Positions 1 to 15,463 of a DNA stretch of 54,574 nt are shown here, in pieces. The position numbers and the translations under genes were made by a program. Under the pieces are notes generated by a model. It did not search any database. It had not been told where the DNA came from and saw nothing but the letters and a program-made list of their open reading frames with translations. The stretch's first letter is position 1. Every line of letters begins with the position of its first letter. The stretch covers positions 1 to 54,574 of the forward strand of contig CAXHJY010000741.1 in assembly GCA_964016885.1 (NCBI GenBank), in the 5' to 3' direction. Origin of the DNA: Eledone cirrhosa. Lineage: Eukaryota.

Positions 1-166
1 ATATATATTATATATATTATATCTATATATTATATATATTATATATATATATATTATATATATTATATTATATATATATTATATTATATATATATTATAT
101 ATATATATATTATATATATATATTATATATATATTATATATATATATTATATATATATATATATAT

Positions 167-201
<35 letters not shown>

Positions 202-477
202 ATATATATATTATATTATATATATTATATTATATATATTATATATATATTATATTATATATATTATATATATATTATATTATATATATATTATATATAT
301 ATTATATTATATATATATTATATATATATATATTATATATATATTATATATATATTATATATATATTATATTATATATATATTATATTATATATATATTA
401 TATTATATATATATTATATTATATATATATTATATATATATATTATATATATATTATATTATATATATTATATTACA
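1..477. repeat. (TA)n/TTATA low-complexity microsatellite tract
   Basis: Almost pure alternating T/A with interspersed TT. Confidence 0.97.
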
Positions 478-3012
478 TTGACTATTTGCAACACAAACTT
501 CCAGAAACCTGCCAATCACCTAATAACCTACAAATCTGGTGAGCACATAAGCCAGATTGACTTCCTGCTAGTTAGGCAGCGGGACAGGCAGATAGTGTCT
601 AATACCAAGGCATACCCTGGGGAAGAATGTACCCCACAGCATAGGTTAGTTGTTAGTGATATCTCAGTAAGCAAGAGATGGAATGAGACATATAGGAAGG
701 TGTGGAGAAGAAAGGTCTGGAAGCTAAAAGACCTTTCACTAAAATTCAAATTTAGGAAAGCCCTTCAAGATGTATATGACGAAAAAGAAGACGATTTAGA
801 GACGTATGACATAGATAATAACTGGAAGTTCTTACGTGACAACTTGCTGAAGGCTACTGATGAAACCTGTGGCTGGAGCAGAGCTCCAACCAGACAGAGA
901 GTGACCTGGTGGTGGAACAGCAGTGTAGATAAGGCTATTAGAGACAAAAGACTAGCATGGAAGGCTTGGAATAAGGGTGGGAGTAGGGAAGAATATACAG
1001 CCACTAAGAGAGAAGCTAGACGTCAGGTGTACTTAGCACGCAGGGAGGCAGAGAGTAGGAGGTTTGCCAATGTTCTGCGACGGGAAGATCAGAGGCGTGC
1101 GGTGTTCCACATTGCAAGGCAGTGTGTCAATGCAAATCAGGATGTTGTTGGTGATAAATGTGTCCGGGATGATGCCGGTGTACTTAGTGTCACGAATGAC
1201 CAGAAAAAGGAGGCCTGGAAATGTCATTATGAGAGACTGATGAATGTGGAGAACGAATGGGAGAGAGAGAAATTACCCTTGGTAGATCCGACAGAGGGAC
1301 CAGCTATTGAGATTGACGAATATAGGGTCCAAGAGGCGATTAGGGAAATGAAAAATGGTAAGGCGGCCGGACCATCGGGAATAGTTGCTGAGATGCTGAA
1401 GGCATCAGGGGACGTAGGCACTAAACTGGTTGCACGCATAATCAATCAGGCTATATATGGTGGTGTCATACCCAAAGACTGGTGCAGCAGTATTCTCATA
1501 AATTGCTACAAAGGTAAAGGGGATGCTTTGGAGAGGAGCAATTATAGGGGTATAAAACTGATAGATCAGGTTATGAAAGTGGCAGAAAGGATTCTAGCAC
1601 AACTAATTAGAGAAAGGGTCAAACTAGATGAGATGCAGTTTGGTTTTGTGCCTGGGAAGAGTACAACAGATGCCCTCTTCTTGGTGAGACAAATGCAAGA
1701 GAGGTTCTTAGAGAAGAATAAGCCACTATACTTAGCCTTTGTTGACCTAGAGAAGGCCTTTGATAGGGTACGCCGATCTGTCATCTGGTGGTCCCTAAGG
1801 AAGCTGGGTGTTGAGGAATGGCTTGTAAGGACAGTGCAAACTTTGTACAGAGGTACTCTCAGTAAAGTCAGGGTAGGAATGGAGTTTAGTGAGGAATTCC
1901 AGATACAAGTAGGAGTACATCAGGGTTCGGTCCTCAGCCCGCTCTTGTTCATTATAGTCCTCCAAGCCATAACAGAGGAGTTTAAGACTGGCTGTCCATG
2001 GGAACTTCTCTATGCTGACGATCTGGCTCTTATGGCAGAATCAGTAGAGGAGCTAGAGAATAAATTCCGGCTATGGAAACAGCAGTTGGAAGCAAGAGGA
2101 CTGAGAGTAAATCTAGCTAAGACAAAAGTGTTGATGAGTAGAAAAGAGGACAAAACCCTGATTCCATCAGGGAAATGGCCATGTTCGATATGCAGAAAAG
2201 GAACTGGCATAAATTCTATAAAATGCACACAATGTAGGTCCTGGGTACACAAGAGATGTAGCGGGATAGCAGGCAAACTAACAGGTAGGGAGAAATATGT
2301 ATGCAGTAGATGTACAGGGAAATTAGACAGTAGAAGTCGCACTGATACACATTTTTCAAATGCGAGAGGCCGCTATAGAAGTGGTGGATAGCTTCCGGTA
2401 CCTAGGAGATCAGATTAGCATGGGAGGAGGGTGTTCCGAGGCCATAGTATCTAGAATAAGGACGGGTTGGAAGAAGTTTAGGGAGCTGCTTCCTCTGTTG
2501 ACGAAGAAGGGTTTCTCCCTGCGTACGAAAGGCCGGTTGTATGATGCCTGTGTGAGGAGCGCGATGCTGCATGGTAGTGAGACATGGGCAGCTACCGCAG
2601 AAGATATGCGACGGCTGGAGAGAAATGAGGCAAGCATGCTCCGTTGGATGTGCAGTGTAAATGTGCGTGAACGACCCAGCATAAATGTGTTGAGAGAGAA
2701 ACTGTGTCTGAGAGGGATAGAATGTAGTGTACGGGAGAGGAGACTGAGGTGGTATGGACATGTGATGCGCATGGAGGATGACCGATGGGTGAAGAAGTGC
2801 CAGGAAATGCCAGTTGAAGGAAGACGTGGTAGAGGTAGACCACGAAAAACATGGGCGGAGGTGGTGAGAACAGACCTCAGATCATTGAAGCTCACGGTGG
2901 AGATGACGAGGGACCGTGACGAGTGGAGAGATGCTGTGCTGAATAAGACCCGTCCCACCCTTGCAAGCAGGGAAAAGCGGACGTAAAATGATGATGATGA
3001 TGATGATGATGA
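478..3012 (+). mobile_element. RTE-clade LINE copy A, 5'-truncated (end of APE, RT, PHD-like finger), one frameshift, (GAT)n tail
   Basis: ORFs 478-2391 and 2360-2986. APE tail SQIDFLLV..QHRLV; RT motifs YRGIKL, QFGF, FVDLEKAFDRV, QGSVLSPLLF, YADD; RTE C-terminus RRLRWYGHVMRM..GRPRKTW. Frameshift at the T-run near 2352-2357. GAT repeats about 2988-3012. Confidence 0.95.
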
Positions 3013-3621
3013 TTATATTATATATATATTATATTATATATATATTATATTATATATATATATTATATTATATTATATATATTATATATATTATATATAT
3101 TTTATATATATTATATATATATATTATATATATATTATATATATATTATATATATATATTATATATATTATATATATATATTATATATATATTATATATA
3201 TATTATATATTATATATATATATTATATATATATATTATATATATTATATATATATATTATATATATATATTATATATATTATATATATATATTATATAT
3301 ATATTATATATTATATATATATTATATATTATATATATATTATATATTATATATATATATATTATAAATTATATATATTATATATTATATATATATATAT
3401 TATAAATTATATATATTATATATTATATATATATATATTATATATTATATATATTATATATTATATATATTATATATTATATATATTATATATTATATAT
3501 ATTATATATATATATATTATATATATATATATTATAAATTATATATATAAATTATATATATATATATTATAAATTATATATATTATATATATATATATTA
3601 TAAATTATATATATATATATT

Positions 3622-3652
<31 letters not shown>

Positions 3653-4390
3653 TATAAATTATATATATATATATTATATATATATATATTATAAATTATA
3701 TATATTATATATTATATATATATATATTTAAATTATATATATTATATATTATATATATATATATTATAAATTACATATATTATATATTATATATATATAT
3801 ATTATAAATTATATATATTATATATTATATATATATATATTATAAATTATATATATATATATTATAAATTATATATATATATATTATAAATTATATATAT
3901 TATATATTATATATATATATATTATAAATTATATATATTATATATTATATATATATATATTATAAATTATATATATTATATATTATATATATATTATATA
4001 TTATATATATTATATATTATATATATATATATTATAAATTATATATATTATATATTATATATATATATATTATAAATTATATATATTATATATTATATAT
4101 ATATATATTATAAATTATATATATTATATATTATATATATATATATTATAAATTATATATATTATATATTATATATATATATTATAAATTATATATATAT
4201 ATATTATAAATTATATATATATATATTATAAATTATATATATATATATTATAAATTATATATATATATATTATAAATTATATATATATATATTATAAATT
4301 ATATATATATATATTATAAATTATATATATATATTATATATATATATATTATATATATATATATTATATATATATATATATATATTATAT
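3013..4390. repeat. (TA)n tract with TATAAAT higher-order units
   Basis: Composition; recurring attataaatt unit. Confidence 0.95.
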
Positions 4391-6626
4391 CTATCTAAGG
4401 TGGGTAAAATTCCCGAGATCCATGGACGAGTTCTCTCCAGCGGTCTCTGTCCCTCATTATCGCTGCCATGTCCTGCATCTCCAACAGACCAGTGTCTGTC
4501 CTTAGGGCATCAACATACGTTAACCTTGGTCTTCCTCTTCTAGTGTGTCCATGTAGGGGCTCCCAAAGGAGTACTGAGTGCAATGTCAACTCTGGATGTC
4601 GGTGAGCATGTCCAGCTAACCTCAGTCTCCTCTGTGTCACTTTTGAGTTGACTTTTGGGATGCTCCCATACAGCTCTGAGTTTTTCATCCTCAGTGTATA
4701 CTGATTAATGTTCAGAGCCATCCTCAGCATTCTCGTGTAGCACCCATCCACCATCTGAGTGAGTTTCTTGGTCAGTGTCCAAGTCTCAGGCCCATACAGC
4801 AGCACAGACTCCACTACAGCAATGAAGAGGCGGATTTTCAGGTCTCTACGAAGGTCCGACTTCCACACCGATCTCAAGATGTGGCACGCCGCCCAGGCCT
4901 TGCTCTTCCTCTCAACCACATCATCTTCCGTATTCCCAATCTTTGCTCCCAAATACAGGAAGTCCTCAACCAATTCCAGCGGTTTCCCGCCTACATTAGT
5001 GATCCCCTCTGGCTTCTCAACATTCTCTACCAGATATTTTGTTTTAGTCTCATTCATTCTCAGCCCCACACTCATTGACACAGTCTCAACCTCCCGCATC
5101 AAATCCTCTGCCTCCTTCACTGTATTTGTCACCAAAACTATGTCGTCGGCAAATTCAGCATCCGATACCTTTTTCGCCCTAACTCTCCTGCTCTGACCCG
5201 GTGCTACAGTAAAGCCAGAGTCCTGGTGTTTCTCCAGTACAAGGCGCATACAATAGTCCACTACGATGATAAAAAGGTAGGGAGCCAATGTATCTCCCTG
5301 GAGCACTCCAGCCAGTATCTCAAAGAACTCTGTCATCCCATCAGGTGTAATGACTTGGGCTTTGGTGTTGGTGTAGAGCAGTGATATCAGGTCCACTATC
5401 TTCTTGGGGATTCCATAAGCCTATAAGATCTTCATCAGGCAGTAACGGTCCACAGAATCAAAGGCCTTCCTAAAGTCAATGAAAACCATGACCGCAGGAA
5501 GGCACTTTGCTCTAGCTCCCTCTAATATCCTCCTCAGCATCAGGATGTGACTGGTGGTTGATCTACCCTCTCTGAAGCCGTTCTGGTTGTCCCTGAGCTT
5601 CTTCTCCATCTCAGGCTGGATCCTGTTAAGAATCATCCTGTTGAGGGTCTTTGCCACAAGTGACGTCAGTGAGATCCCCCGGTAGTTGTTGGTGTTAGAG
5701 AGATCTCCCTTCTTTGGCACTGGGACGATGTTACTGATCCTCCACTGATTCGGGGCAACTCCTTTTTCCAGTGCCCCGTTACAGAACCCCAGGATGATAT
5801 CATCAAAATCACACCTCTTCATCACCTCTGATGCCACTCCATCTTCTCCATGAGCCTTGCCCTCCTTGATCCTCTTCTTGGCTCTCTGAAGCTCCTCTCT
5901 GGTGAAGGGCTCTGTCTCAACATCCAGTTCCTCAAACAGACGCCTGATCTCCCCAGTGTTCTGGGCTGTGGAGGGTGGCTCTCCTAGTAGGGTCCTTAAA
6001 TGGTCTAGCCAATTCCTCCTCCTATCCTCGGGCCCCGTTCCCTGGATCTGACTCTAACACCTTTTCTTCCTCCCTGTGATCTCGTTGATGATCATCCAGC
6101 TCTCCTTACATCCAGATCTGTCAACCGCTCTCTCCACACTTCTGATCTTCTCTATCAGTGCCTCCTCTCTGACCTCAGTGTAAGCGGTACAGAGCTCTTC
6201 CCTCATCACCTCCAAAGTCTCCATCCTCTCCTCCGTAGGATCAGCATAGAATTGGTCCCTGGCAGCTTTCAGGTGGTCTCTGGCTGCACACACTTTTGGG
6301 TTTGCAGAGCTGACGTGCTTCCCTTTGTTCTTTTTCCTCGGCACCACGGTTTCACTTGCTTCTGCCACTGCATTGGTGAAGTGCCCGTACCTCCTCGTCA
6401 CACTCTCCTCAGTCCATCCAATCTCTCTCTCCTCTGACTCTCCACACAGAGCACTAAACCTGTTTCTCACTTCCACTGTGGACCTCTCCTGTAGTTTATT
6501 ATCTTCCTTGAAAGCTCCCCAGTCATAGATTGTTCTCCAGGGCTGAGCCTTGCTCTTTCTTAAGCTCACGCGGACCTCACTCATAACAAGCCGGTGGTCA
6601 CTACCCGGTGTACTGAAATAGCTGTA
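4391..6626 (-). mobile_element. RTE/RTEX-like LINE copy D, 5'-truncated, two nonsense codons
   Basis: ORFs 6054-6584, 5421-5837 and 4395-5396 share one frame, split by TAG at 6054-6056 and 5421-5423. APE SDHRLV; RT NYRGISL, QNGFR, DFRKAFDSV, QGDTLAPYLF, FADD; RRLRLAGH..GRPRLTY. Almost no 3' UTR. Confidence 0.92.
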
Positions 6627-6785
6627 AAATTATATTATATATATATAAATATATATATATTATATATATATATTATATATATATTATATATATTATATAT
6701 ATATTATATATAAATATATATATATTGTATATTATATATATATAAATATATATATATTATATATATATAAATATATATATATATT

Positions 6786-6832
<47 letters not shown>

Positions 6833-7389
6833 TATATATATATAAATATATATATATTATATATATAAATATATATATATATTATATATATATATATATA
6901 AATATATATATATATTATATATATATATATTATATATATATATATTATATATATATAAATATATATTATATATTATATATTATATATATATTATATATAT
7001 ATATTATATATATATATTATATATTATATATATATAATTATATATATATTATATATATAAATATATATATATTATATATATATAAATATATCTATATATT
7101 ATATATATATATTATATATATTATATATATATATTATATTATATATATATTATATATATATATATTATATATTTTATATATATATATATATTATATATAT
7201 ATTATATATATAATATATATATATATATAATATATATATATATATTATATATATAATATATATATAATATATATAATATATAATATATATAATATATATA
7301 TATAATATATATATATATAATATATATATATAATATATATATATAATATATATATAGTATATAATATATAATATATATTTATATATATA

Positions 7390-7430
<41 letters not shown>

Positions 7431-7431
7431 G

Positions 7432-7476
<45 letters not shown>

Positions 7477-7676
7477 ATTATATATATATATATTATATAT
7501 TATATATATGTATATATTATATATATATATATTATATATATATATATTATATATATATATACATATATTATATATATGTATATATTATATATATATATTA
7601 TATATATATATATATATTATATATATATATATATTATATATATATATATATTATATATATATATATTATATATATA

Positions 7677-7723
<47 letters not shown>

Positions 7724-7782
7724 TATATATATATATATATTATATATATATATATATATTATATATATATATATATTATATA

Positions 7783-7846
<64 letters not shown>

Positions 7847-7912
7847 ATATATATTATATATATATATTATATATATATATATATTATATATATATATATT
7901 ATATATATATAT

Positions 7913-7944
<32 letters not shown>

Positions 7945-7962
7945 ATATATATTATATATATA

Positions 7963-8005
<43 letters not shown>

Positions 8006-8052
8006 ATATATATTATATATATATATATATTATATATATATTATATATATTA

Positions 8053-8100
<48 letters not shown>

Positions 8101-8166
8101 ATATATATATTATATATATATATAATATATATATATTATATATATATATATATTATATATATATAT

Positions 8167-8199
<33 letters not shown>

Positions 8200-8254
8200 T
8201 ATATATAATATATATATATATATTATATATAATATATATATATATATATTATAT

Positions 8255-8304
<50 letters not shown>

Positions 8305-8715
8305 TTTATATATATACATTATTTATATATTATATATATATATTATATAATATATATATATATATAAATATATATATATATATTTTATATATATACATTA
8401 TTTATATATTATATATATATATATATTATATATATATAAATATATACATATATATAAATATATATATATTATAATATATTTTATATATATATATTATATA
8501 TTATATATATATTATATATTATATATATATTATATATAAATATATATATATATATAAATAGATATATATATATATATATCTTATAGATATATATATATAT
8601 ATATATCTTATAGATATATATATATTATAATATGTATTATAGATATATATATATTATAATATATTTTATATATATATATTATATATTATATATATATTAT
8701 ATATATATATATATA

Positions 8716-8747
<32 letters not shown>

Positions 8748-8779
8748 AATAGATATATATTATATATATATTATATATT

Positions 8780-8810
<31 letters not shown>

Positions 8811-8846
8811 AATAGATATATATTATATATATATTATATATTATAT

Positions 8847-8877
<31 letters not shown>

Positions 8878-8904
8878 AATAGATATATATTATATATATA
8901 TTAT

Positions 8905-8935
<31 letters not shown>

Positions 8936-8964
8936 AATAGATATATATTATATATATATTATAT

Positions 8965-8995
<31 letters not shown>

Positions 8996-9012
8996 AATAG
9001 ATATATATTATA

Positions 9013-9061
<49 letters not shown>

Positions 9062-9129
9062 AATAGATATATATTATATATATATTATATATTATATATA
9101 TATAAATATATATATATTATATATTATAT

Positions 9130-9161
<32 letters not shown>

Positions 9162-9199
9162 TATAATATATATTATAGATATATATATATATTATAATA
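6627..9199. repeat. (TA)n microsatellite tract
   Basis: Composition; local AAATAGATAT units. Confidence 0.95.
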
Positions 9200-9377
9200 G
9201 GTAGTATCGGTAGAGGGTCGGACGCCATGCTTTCCAGCATAGTTACGTCCCTTTACGATCTGAGTTCAAATCCCGCCGAGGTTGACTTTGCCTTTCATTG
9301 TTACGGGTTCGATAAAATAAAGTACTAGTAATGCACTGGGTAATTGCTGGCCTTGTGCCTAAAGTAGAAACAATTAT
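9200..9377 (+). mobile_element. tRNA-derived SINE with Deu/Nin-like central domain, slightly 5'-truncated
   Basis: B-box GAGTTCAAATCCC; core GACTTTGCCTTTCA..CGATAAAATAAAGTAC; near-identical fuller copy at 32901-33096. Confidence 0.85.
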
Positions 9378-9489
9378 AATATATATTATAGAATATATAT
9401 ATATATATATATTATAATATATATTATAGATATATATATATATATATTATAATATATATTATAGATATATATATTATAATATATATTAT

Positions 9490-9535
<46 letters not shown>

Positions 9536-10234
9536 ATATATTATAGATATATATATATATATGATAGATATATAATATTATAATATATATTATAGATATA
9601 TTATATATATATATATATATTATAATATATATTATAGATATATATATATATATATTATATATATATATTATAATATATATTATATATATATTATATATAT
9701 ATTATAATATATATTATAGATATATTATATATATATATATATATATAAATTATAATATATATTATATATATATATATTATAGATATATATATATATTATA
9801 ATAAAAATTATAGATATGTATATATATATTATAATATATATTATAGATATATATATATATTATAATATATATATATAAATTATAATATATATTATATATA
9901 TATATATTATAGATATATATATATATTATAATAAAAATTATAGATATGTATATATATATTATAATATATATTATAGATATATATATATATTATAATATAT
10001 ATTATAGATATATATATATTATAATATATATTATAGATATATATATATATTATAATATATATTATAGATATATATATATTATAATATATTTTATAGATAT
10101 ATTATATATATATATATATATATATAAATATATATATATATTATAGATATATTATAGATATATATATAAATAGATATATTATATATATATATATATATAA
10201 ATAGATATATTATATATATATATATATAAATAGA

Positions 10235-10284
<50 letters not shown>
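9378..10284. repeat. (TA)n tract with ATTATAGAT units
   Basis: Composition. Confidence 0.93.
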
Positions 10285-10286
<2 letters not shown>

Positions 10287-13110
10287 TTAGGTTAGTAGGA
10301 GTTAGGTATTATATACCCGTGTCCCGTTAAGGTATTGGCAGCATAATAATTAGCTCTATGCTTTGGAGCAGAGCCGTATATATGAAAAAGAACACAAGAG
10401 CGTCTACAACATCAAAAGATTTTTATTGGCTAACAATGTTTCTTCCTTACGTGTAACCGTAGGATTCATCAGAGCTATAAAAGGGGTTTGATTGGTGTTA
10501 TGGACTCTACCAACCAAACACCAAAGAACAAAGAGTAAAGAGAGTAAAGAGCAAAAGTAGGGGATGATAAGTCTAATTTTGGTGCGGGAGGGTGGGGTGT
10601 TGGTCCTTGTTTACTAGCTGCGGTCATCGGGGGTCGGGTGGTTAGCTGAACCATAGATGGGGTGGCGTGGATAGTATGGTGCAGAGGGTGCGCAGAGGCT
10701 ACACAAACACAAAGGGCGTAGAATACATATATACATATAGCGGAGGAGAAGGTACATGAGGTAATTAGAAATGGAAAAAGAGTAATAATAATAATCTATA
10801 ATTAATAGTGTATAATAAGGCATGGGGAAGATTACACTATAATAAGGTATAAAGGTAAGAATAAGGTAAAATATAAAGGAGGATAAAAGTGGAAATAATT
10901 ATAAAGATAAAAAATATATAGAGAATATATAAGGAAATATAAGCGAATATTTGGAGGGGAAAACACAATGTAAAAAAAAAAACGATTTTTTTCAAACAAT
11001 AATAAAAAATAATAAAAATATAATAATTATGGGGGGAGAAAACAGGATAGAGAAATATGATCAAGTGTGATTCGTTGAGAGAATATAGGATGATAACAGT
11101 TGTGTCCGGTTTATACATCTTAATAATAAATAATAAACAATATGTGTATCAGAGTTTCAGAACCTTCAATTCACTTACGGGTTCAAGCCACGTGGCATGG
11201 TCCATTGTTTATCTGTGCGGTCATGTGCGTTTGTTTTTGATACCACAGCAGATGCACAAGTTTGTAAATTCCAATGCAGATAGAAGTCAATTTTTGCTCA
11301 CCCGGACATTGACCGAGGATCCAATATTCCTAGTTCAATATGTGTTTGGTGTTATTTTGTTCGCACAAATCAATCAATTGGTTCAATATATGGAGTATGG
11401 TTTCCTGGTCTTCGTGACAGTGTCAGTGGTTGTATATTTGGAAGTCACAAGGATCACAGTACTCCGGTTTGGTGTGATACCCAAACGTTGAACTTTGGTG
11501 TCGATAGGACATCAACGAAGCAGGGTGATATCGCATCTGTGGTACAAAACGGTGCGGAAGGAAATTCTTCGTCTTCGTTTCATCCGGGTCCAGTAGTCAC
11601 GTGCAAGAACCGCTACGTAGTAATTGTGGGGTTAATCAGTCAAGTCAGCAACTGACCGAAAATTCAGGCAGGCATAACAGCTTTTTTATGTGTGTACGTG
11701 TGTCCGACACACACACACACATATCTATATGTATTTCAACCCAAAAAACTCAAATGATTCACCCAGTGGTACTACAATCGGTCAAGGCAGTAACTTAGAT
11801 GAAATTAATAAGGAAGCATGTGCAATAGTGGATAAACTAGGTCTGGAAAAGTATACCCAACCTTATACCCTAGGCAACCCAGGTTCACCCTTAAAGACCA
11901 TAAGGCTGACTTCATTAGTAAACCCTCTGTTAGACTAATTAGCCCATCGAAGTCAGATATAGGAATTATCAGTAAGAAAATTTTAGACGGCGTTATACCC
12001 ACCATCAGGAGGAAAATACATCTAGAGCTATGGGAGAATACGGAAGAGGTTTTGAAATGGTTCTCAAGCCTTAGCAACCATAAATCCCTTAAATTTATAC
12101 AATTCGACATCGATGCGTATTACACCTCAATCTCCCCCATACTCCTTAATAAGGCCCTAATCATGGCCATGCAGAAAAGTGACCTCACTAGATCTCAAAT
12201 TGATGTCATTCTTGCGGCCCGGAAAACGATAATCACATTTGAGGATGAATTGTGGACCCGCAAGAATACGCCCAGCAACTTGGACATCACAATGGGATCT
12301 AGTGACTCTGCACAAGTAACGGACCTGGTAGGATTGTACCTCTTAAAGGAGTTACATGAGACATTACCACACTTGAAGGGCGGCTTATACCGTGATGACG
12401 CCCTCCTCACTCTCGAGTATAAAAAGTGCAATATAGAAAGAACTAGGAAGCAATTACGTAGGTTCTTTAAAACTTTAATCTAAGTATTACCATAGATGCA
12501 AATGATAAAACAGTAAACTTCCTAGACGCCACCCTTGACCTAGAAAGTAAAACATTTGCACCCTACCATAAACCTAATGATAGACTAACATATGTAAACG
12601 CCAGCTCTAACCACCCCAAATCAGTCCTAAACGCTATTCCCAGGGGGGTCTCTAACAGAATTAGCAGACTGTCCTGTAATGAGAGTATCTTCAACTCCAA
12701 TGCAGAGTATTATGACAGGGCCCTAGCAGAATCTGGTTACGGGAGTAGATTATCATATATACATAAGGACTCTCAAACCATGAGTGTGAAACCTACCTAC
12801 ATAATCACACATAGTATGGCCACAAAGCCTAACCAAATTAGAGGCAAGAATAATAGTAAGAACCCTAATGGCGATAACCTAGCTAAATGTAAACCACGTA
12901 AAGACGATACTAGAGTCCCCCACCACAACTCTAAAACAGTAAATGATCACGCCATGAATATAAACCATCCGGGCTTAAGCAAAACGGACAACGCCACTAA
13001 CGTTAATAACGGAACCCTACAAAATAGTACGCACAGTAGCGAGACTCACCCCACAGATAAGAAAAATAGAAGAAGGAAAAACATGTATTTTAACCCACCT
13101 TTTAACTCTG
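10285..13110 (+). mobile_element. Penelope-like element (Naiad-like RT), decayed, ending before the GIY-YIG endonuclease
   Basis: Joining frames across about 11790-13110 gives FTLKDHK..VRLISPSKSDIGIISKKILD, FIQFDIDAYYTSI, ITMGSSDSAQVTDLVG, GLYRDDAL, VNFLDATLDL, SNHP and RRRKNMYFNPPF. Frameshifts near 11880 and 12470. Antisense hammerhead near the left end. Confidence 0.85.
10421..10482 (-). ncRNA. Minimal type I hammerhead ribozyme motif (inverted pLTR of the PLE)
   Basis: Minus strand: ttttatagct-CTGATGA-a-tcctacg gttaca cgtaagga-a-GAAA-c att g-TT-agccaataaaa. Confidence 0.65.
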
Positions 13111-13118
13111 ATATATAT

Positions 13119-13180
<62 letters not shown>

Positions 13181-13832
13181 TATATATATATAAATATATA
13201 TATTTTATATATATATTATATATATATATTATATATAAGTATATATATATATATATATATTATATAAATATATATATTTTATATATATATATAAATATAT
13301 ATATTTTATATATATATTATATATATATATTATATATAAGTATATATATATATATATATATATTATATAAATATATATATTTTATATATATATATAATTA
13401 TATATTTTATATATATATTGTATATATATATATATAATTATATATTTTATATATATATTGTATATATATATATATATTATATATATATATAAATATATAT
13501 ATATATATTATATATATATAGATATATATATTTTATATATATATATATATAATTATATATTTTATATATATATATAAATATATATATATATATTATATAT
13601 ATATAGATATATATATTTTATATATATATATATATAATTATATATTTTATATATATATTGTATATATATATATATATATATATATAATTATATATTTATA
13701 TATATATTGTATATATATATATATTATATATAAATATATATATATATATAGATATTTATTATTTTATATATATTATATATATATAGATATATATATATAT
13801 ATATAATAATTTATATATTTTATATATATATT

Positions 13833-13864
<32 letters not shown>

Positions 13865-14050
13865 ATATATATATATATATAATATATATATATATATATA
13901 ATAGATATATATATTTTATATATATATATATATAATTATATATTTTATATATATATTATATATATATAGATATATATATTTTATATATATATATATATAT
14001 AATTATAAATTTTATATATATAATTGTATATATATATAGATATTATATAA
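13111..14050. repeat. (TA)n tract
   Basis: Composition. Confidence 0.95.
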
Positions 14051-14262
14051 ATGATATTAAATAAATGGAAACTATATTTATAAAACCATATTTATTTCAT
14101 TATATATATTTCAGGGATATCATATTAACAATATGTTATGCCTTCTTCAGACAAAATACAATATAAACAGTCTTATAAATAAATAGATACGACATACCTT
14201 TCAATCGACTTGCCTTTGGGAAGTTGATTTTATTAACCCAACAATTTAAATATAACTTTCCA
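14050..14262 (-). mobile_element. PLE pLTR-like fragment with hammerhead (14093-14158)
   Basis: Minus strand: tattttgt-CTGAAGA-aggcataacatatt gtt aatatgatatccct-GAAA-tatata-TA-atgaaata. About 45 nt downstream of the motif matches the element at 33244-33571. Confidence 0.75.
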
Positions 14263-14383
14263 TATATATATAGATATTATATATTTTATATATATATTAT
14301 ATATATATAAATATATATATATATATTATAATATATTTTATATATATATATATTATATATTTTATATATATATTATATATATA

Positions 14384-14419
<36 letters not shown>

Positions 14420-14703
14420 TATAATATATTTTATATATATATTATATATATATATATATATTATAATATATTTTATATATATATATATTATAATATATTT
14501 TATATATATATATTATAATATATTTTATATATATATATTATATATATATATATTATAATATATTTTATATATATATATTATATATATATATATTATAATA
14601 TATTTTATATATATATATATTATAATATATTTTATATATATATATATTATATATATATTATAATATATATTATAGATATATATTATATATTTTATATATA
14701 TAT

Positions 14704-14740
<37 letters not shown>

Positions 14741-15168
14741 TATAATATATTTTATATATATATATATTATAATATATTTTATATATATATATTATAATAT
14801 ATTTTATATATATATATTATATATATATATATTATAATATATTTTATATATATATATTATATATATATATATTATAATATATTTTATATATATATATATT
14901 ATAATATATTTTATATATATATATATTATATATATATTATATATATATTATAATATATTTTATAGATATATATATATATTATAATATATATTATAGATAT
15001 CTTATATATATAAATATATATATATTATATTATATATATATATATTATATATATATATATATTATATATATATAAAGATATATATATATATATTATATAT
15101 ATATAAAGATATATATATATATGTATATATATTATATATATAAAGATATATATATACATAAATATATA

Positions 15169-15212
<44 letters not shown>

Positions 15213-15419
15213 ATATATATATTATATATTATATATATATTATATATTATATATATTATATATATATATATAATATATATATAAATATATATATTATATA
15301 TATATTATATATATATAAATATATATATTATATATATATATATTATATCTATATATAAATATATATAAATATATAAATATATATAATTATATCTAGATAT
15401 ATATATACATAAATATATA

Positions 15420-15463
<44 letters not shown>

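Noticed and set aside
2352-2357. Programmed frameshift in RTE copy A
   Set aside because: Copy C is open across this point; a simple homopolymer indel or sequencing error explains it
528-2958. Antisense ORFs over the LINEs (also 4759-5196 and 27037-28152)
   Set aside because: Shadow frames of RT coding sequence with no independent motifs
11057-11491. 144-aa hydrophobic ORF as a gene
   Set aside because: No recognisable motifs; lies in the unassigned part of the PLE island
10285-13110. Selenocysteine/SECIS as described for some Naiad PLEs
   Set aside because: The endonuclease region is absent, and I could not identify a conserved in-frame TGA or a SECIS
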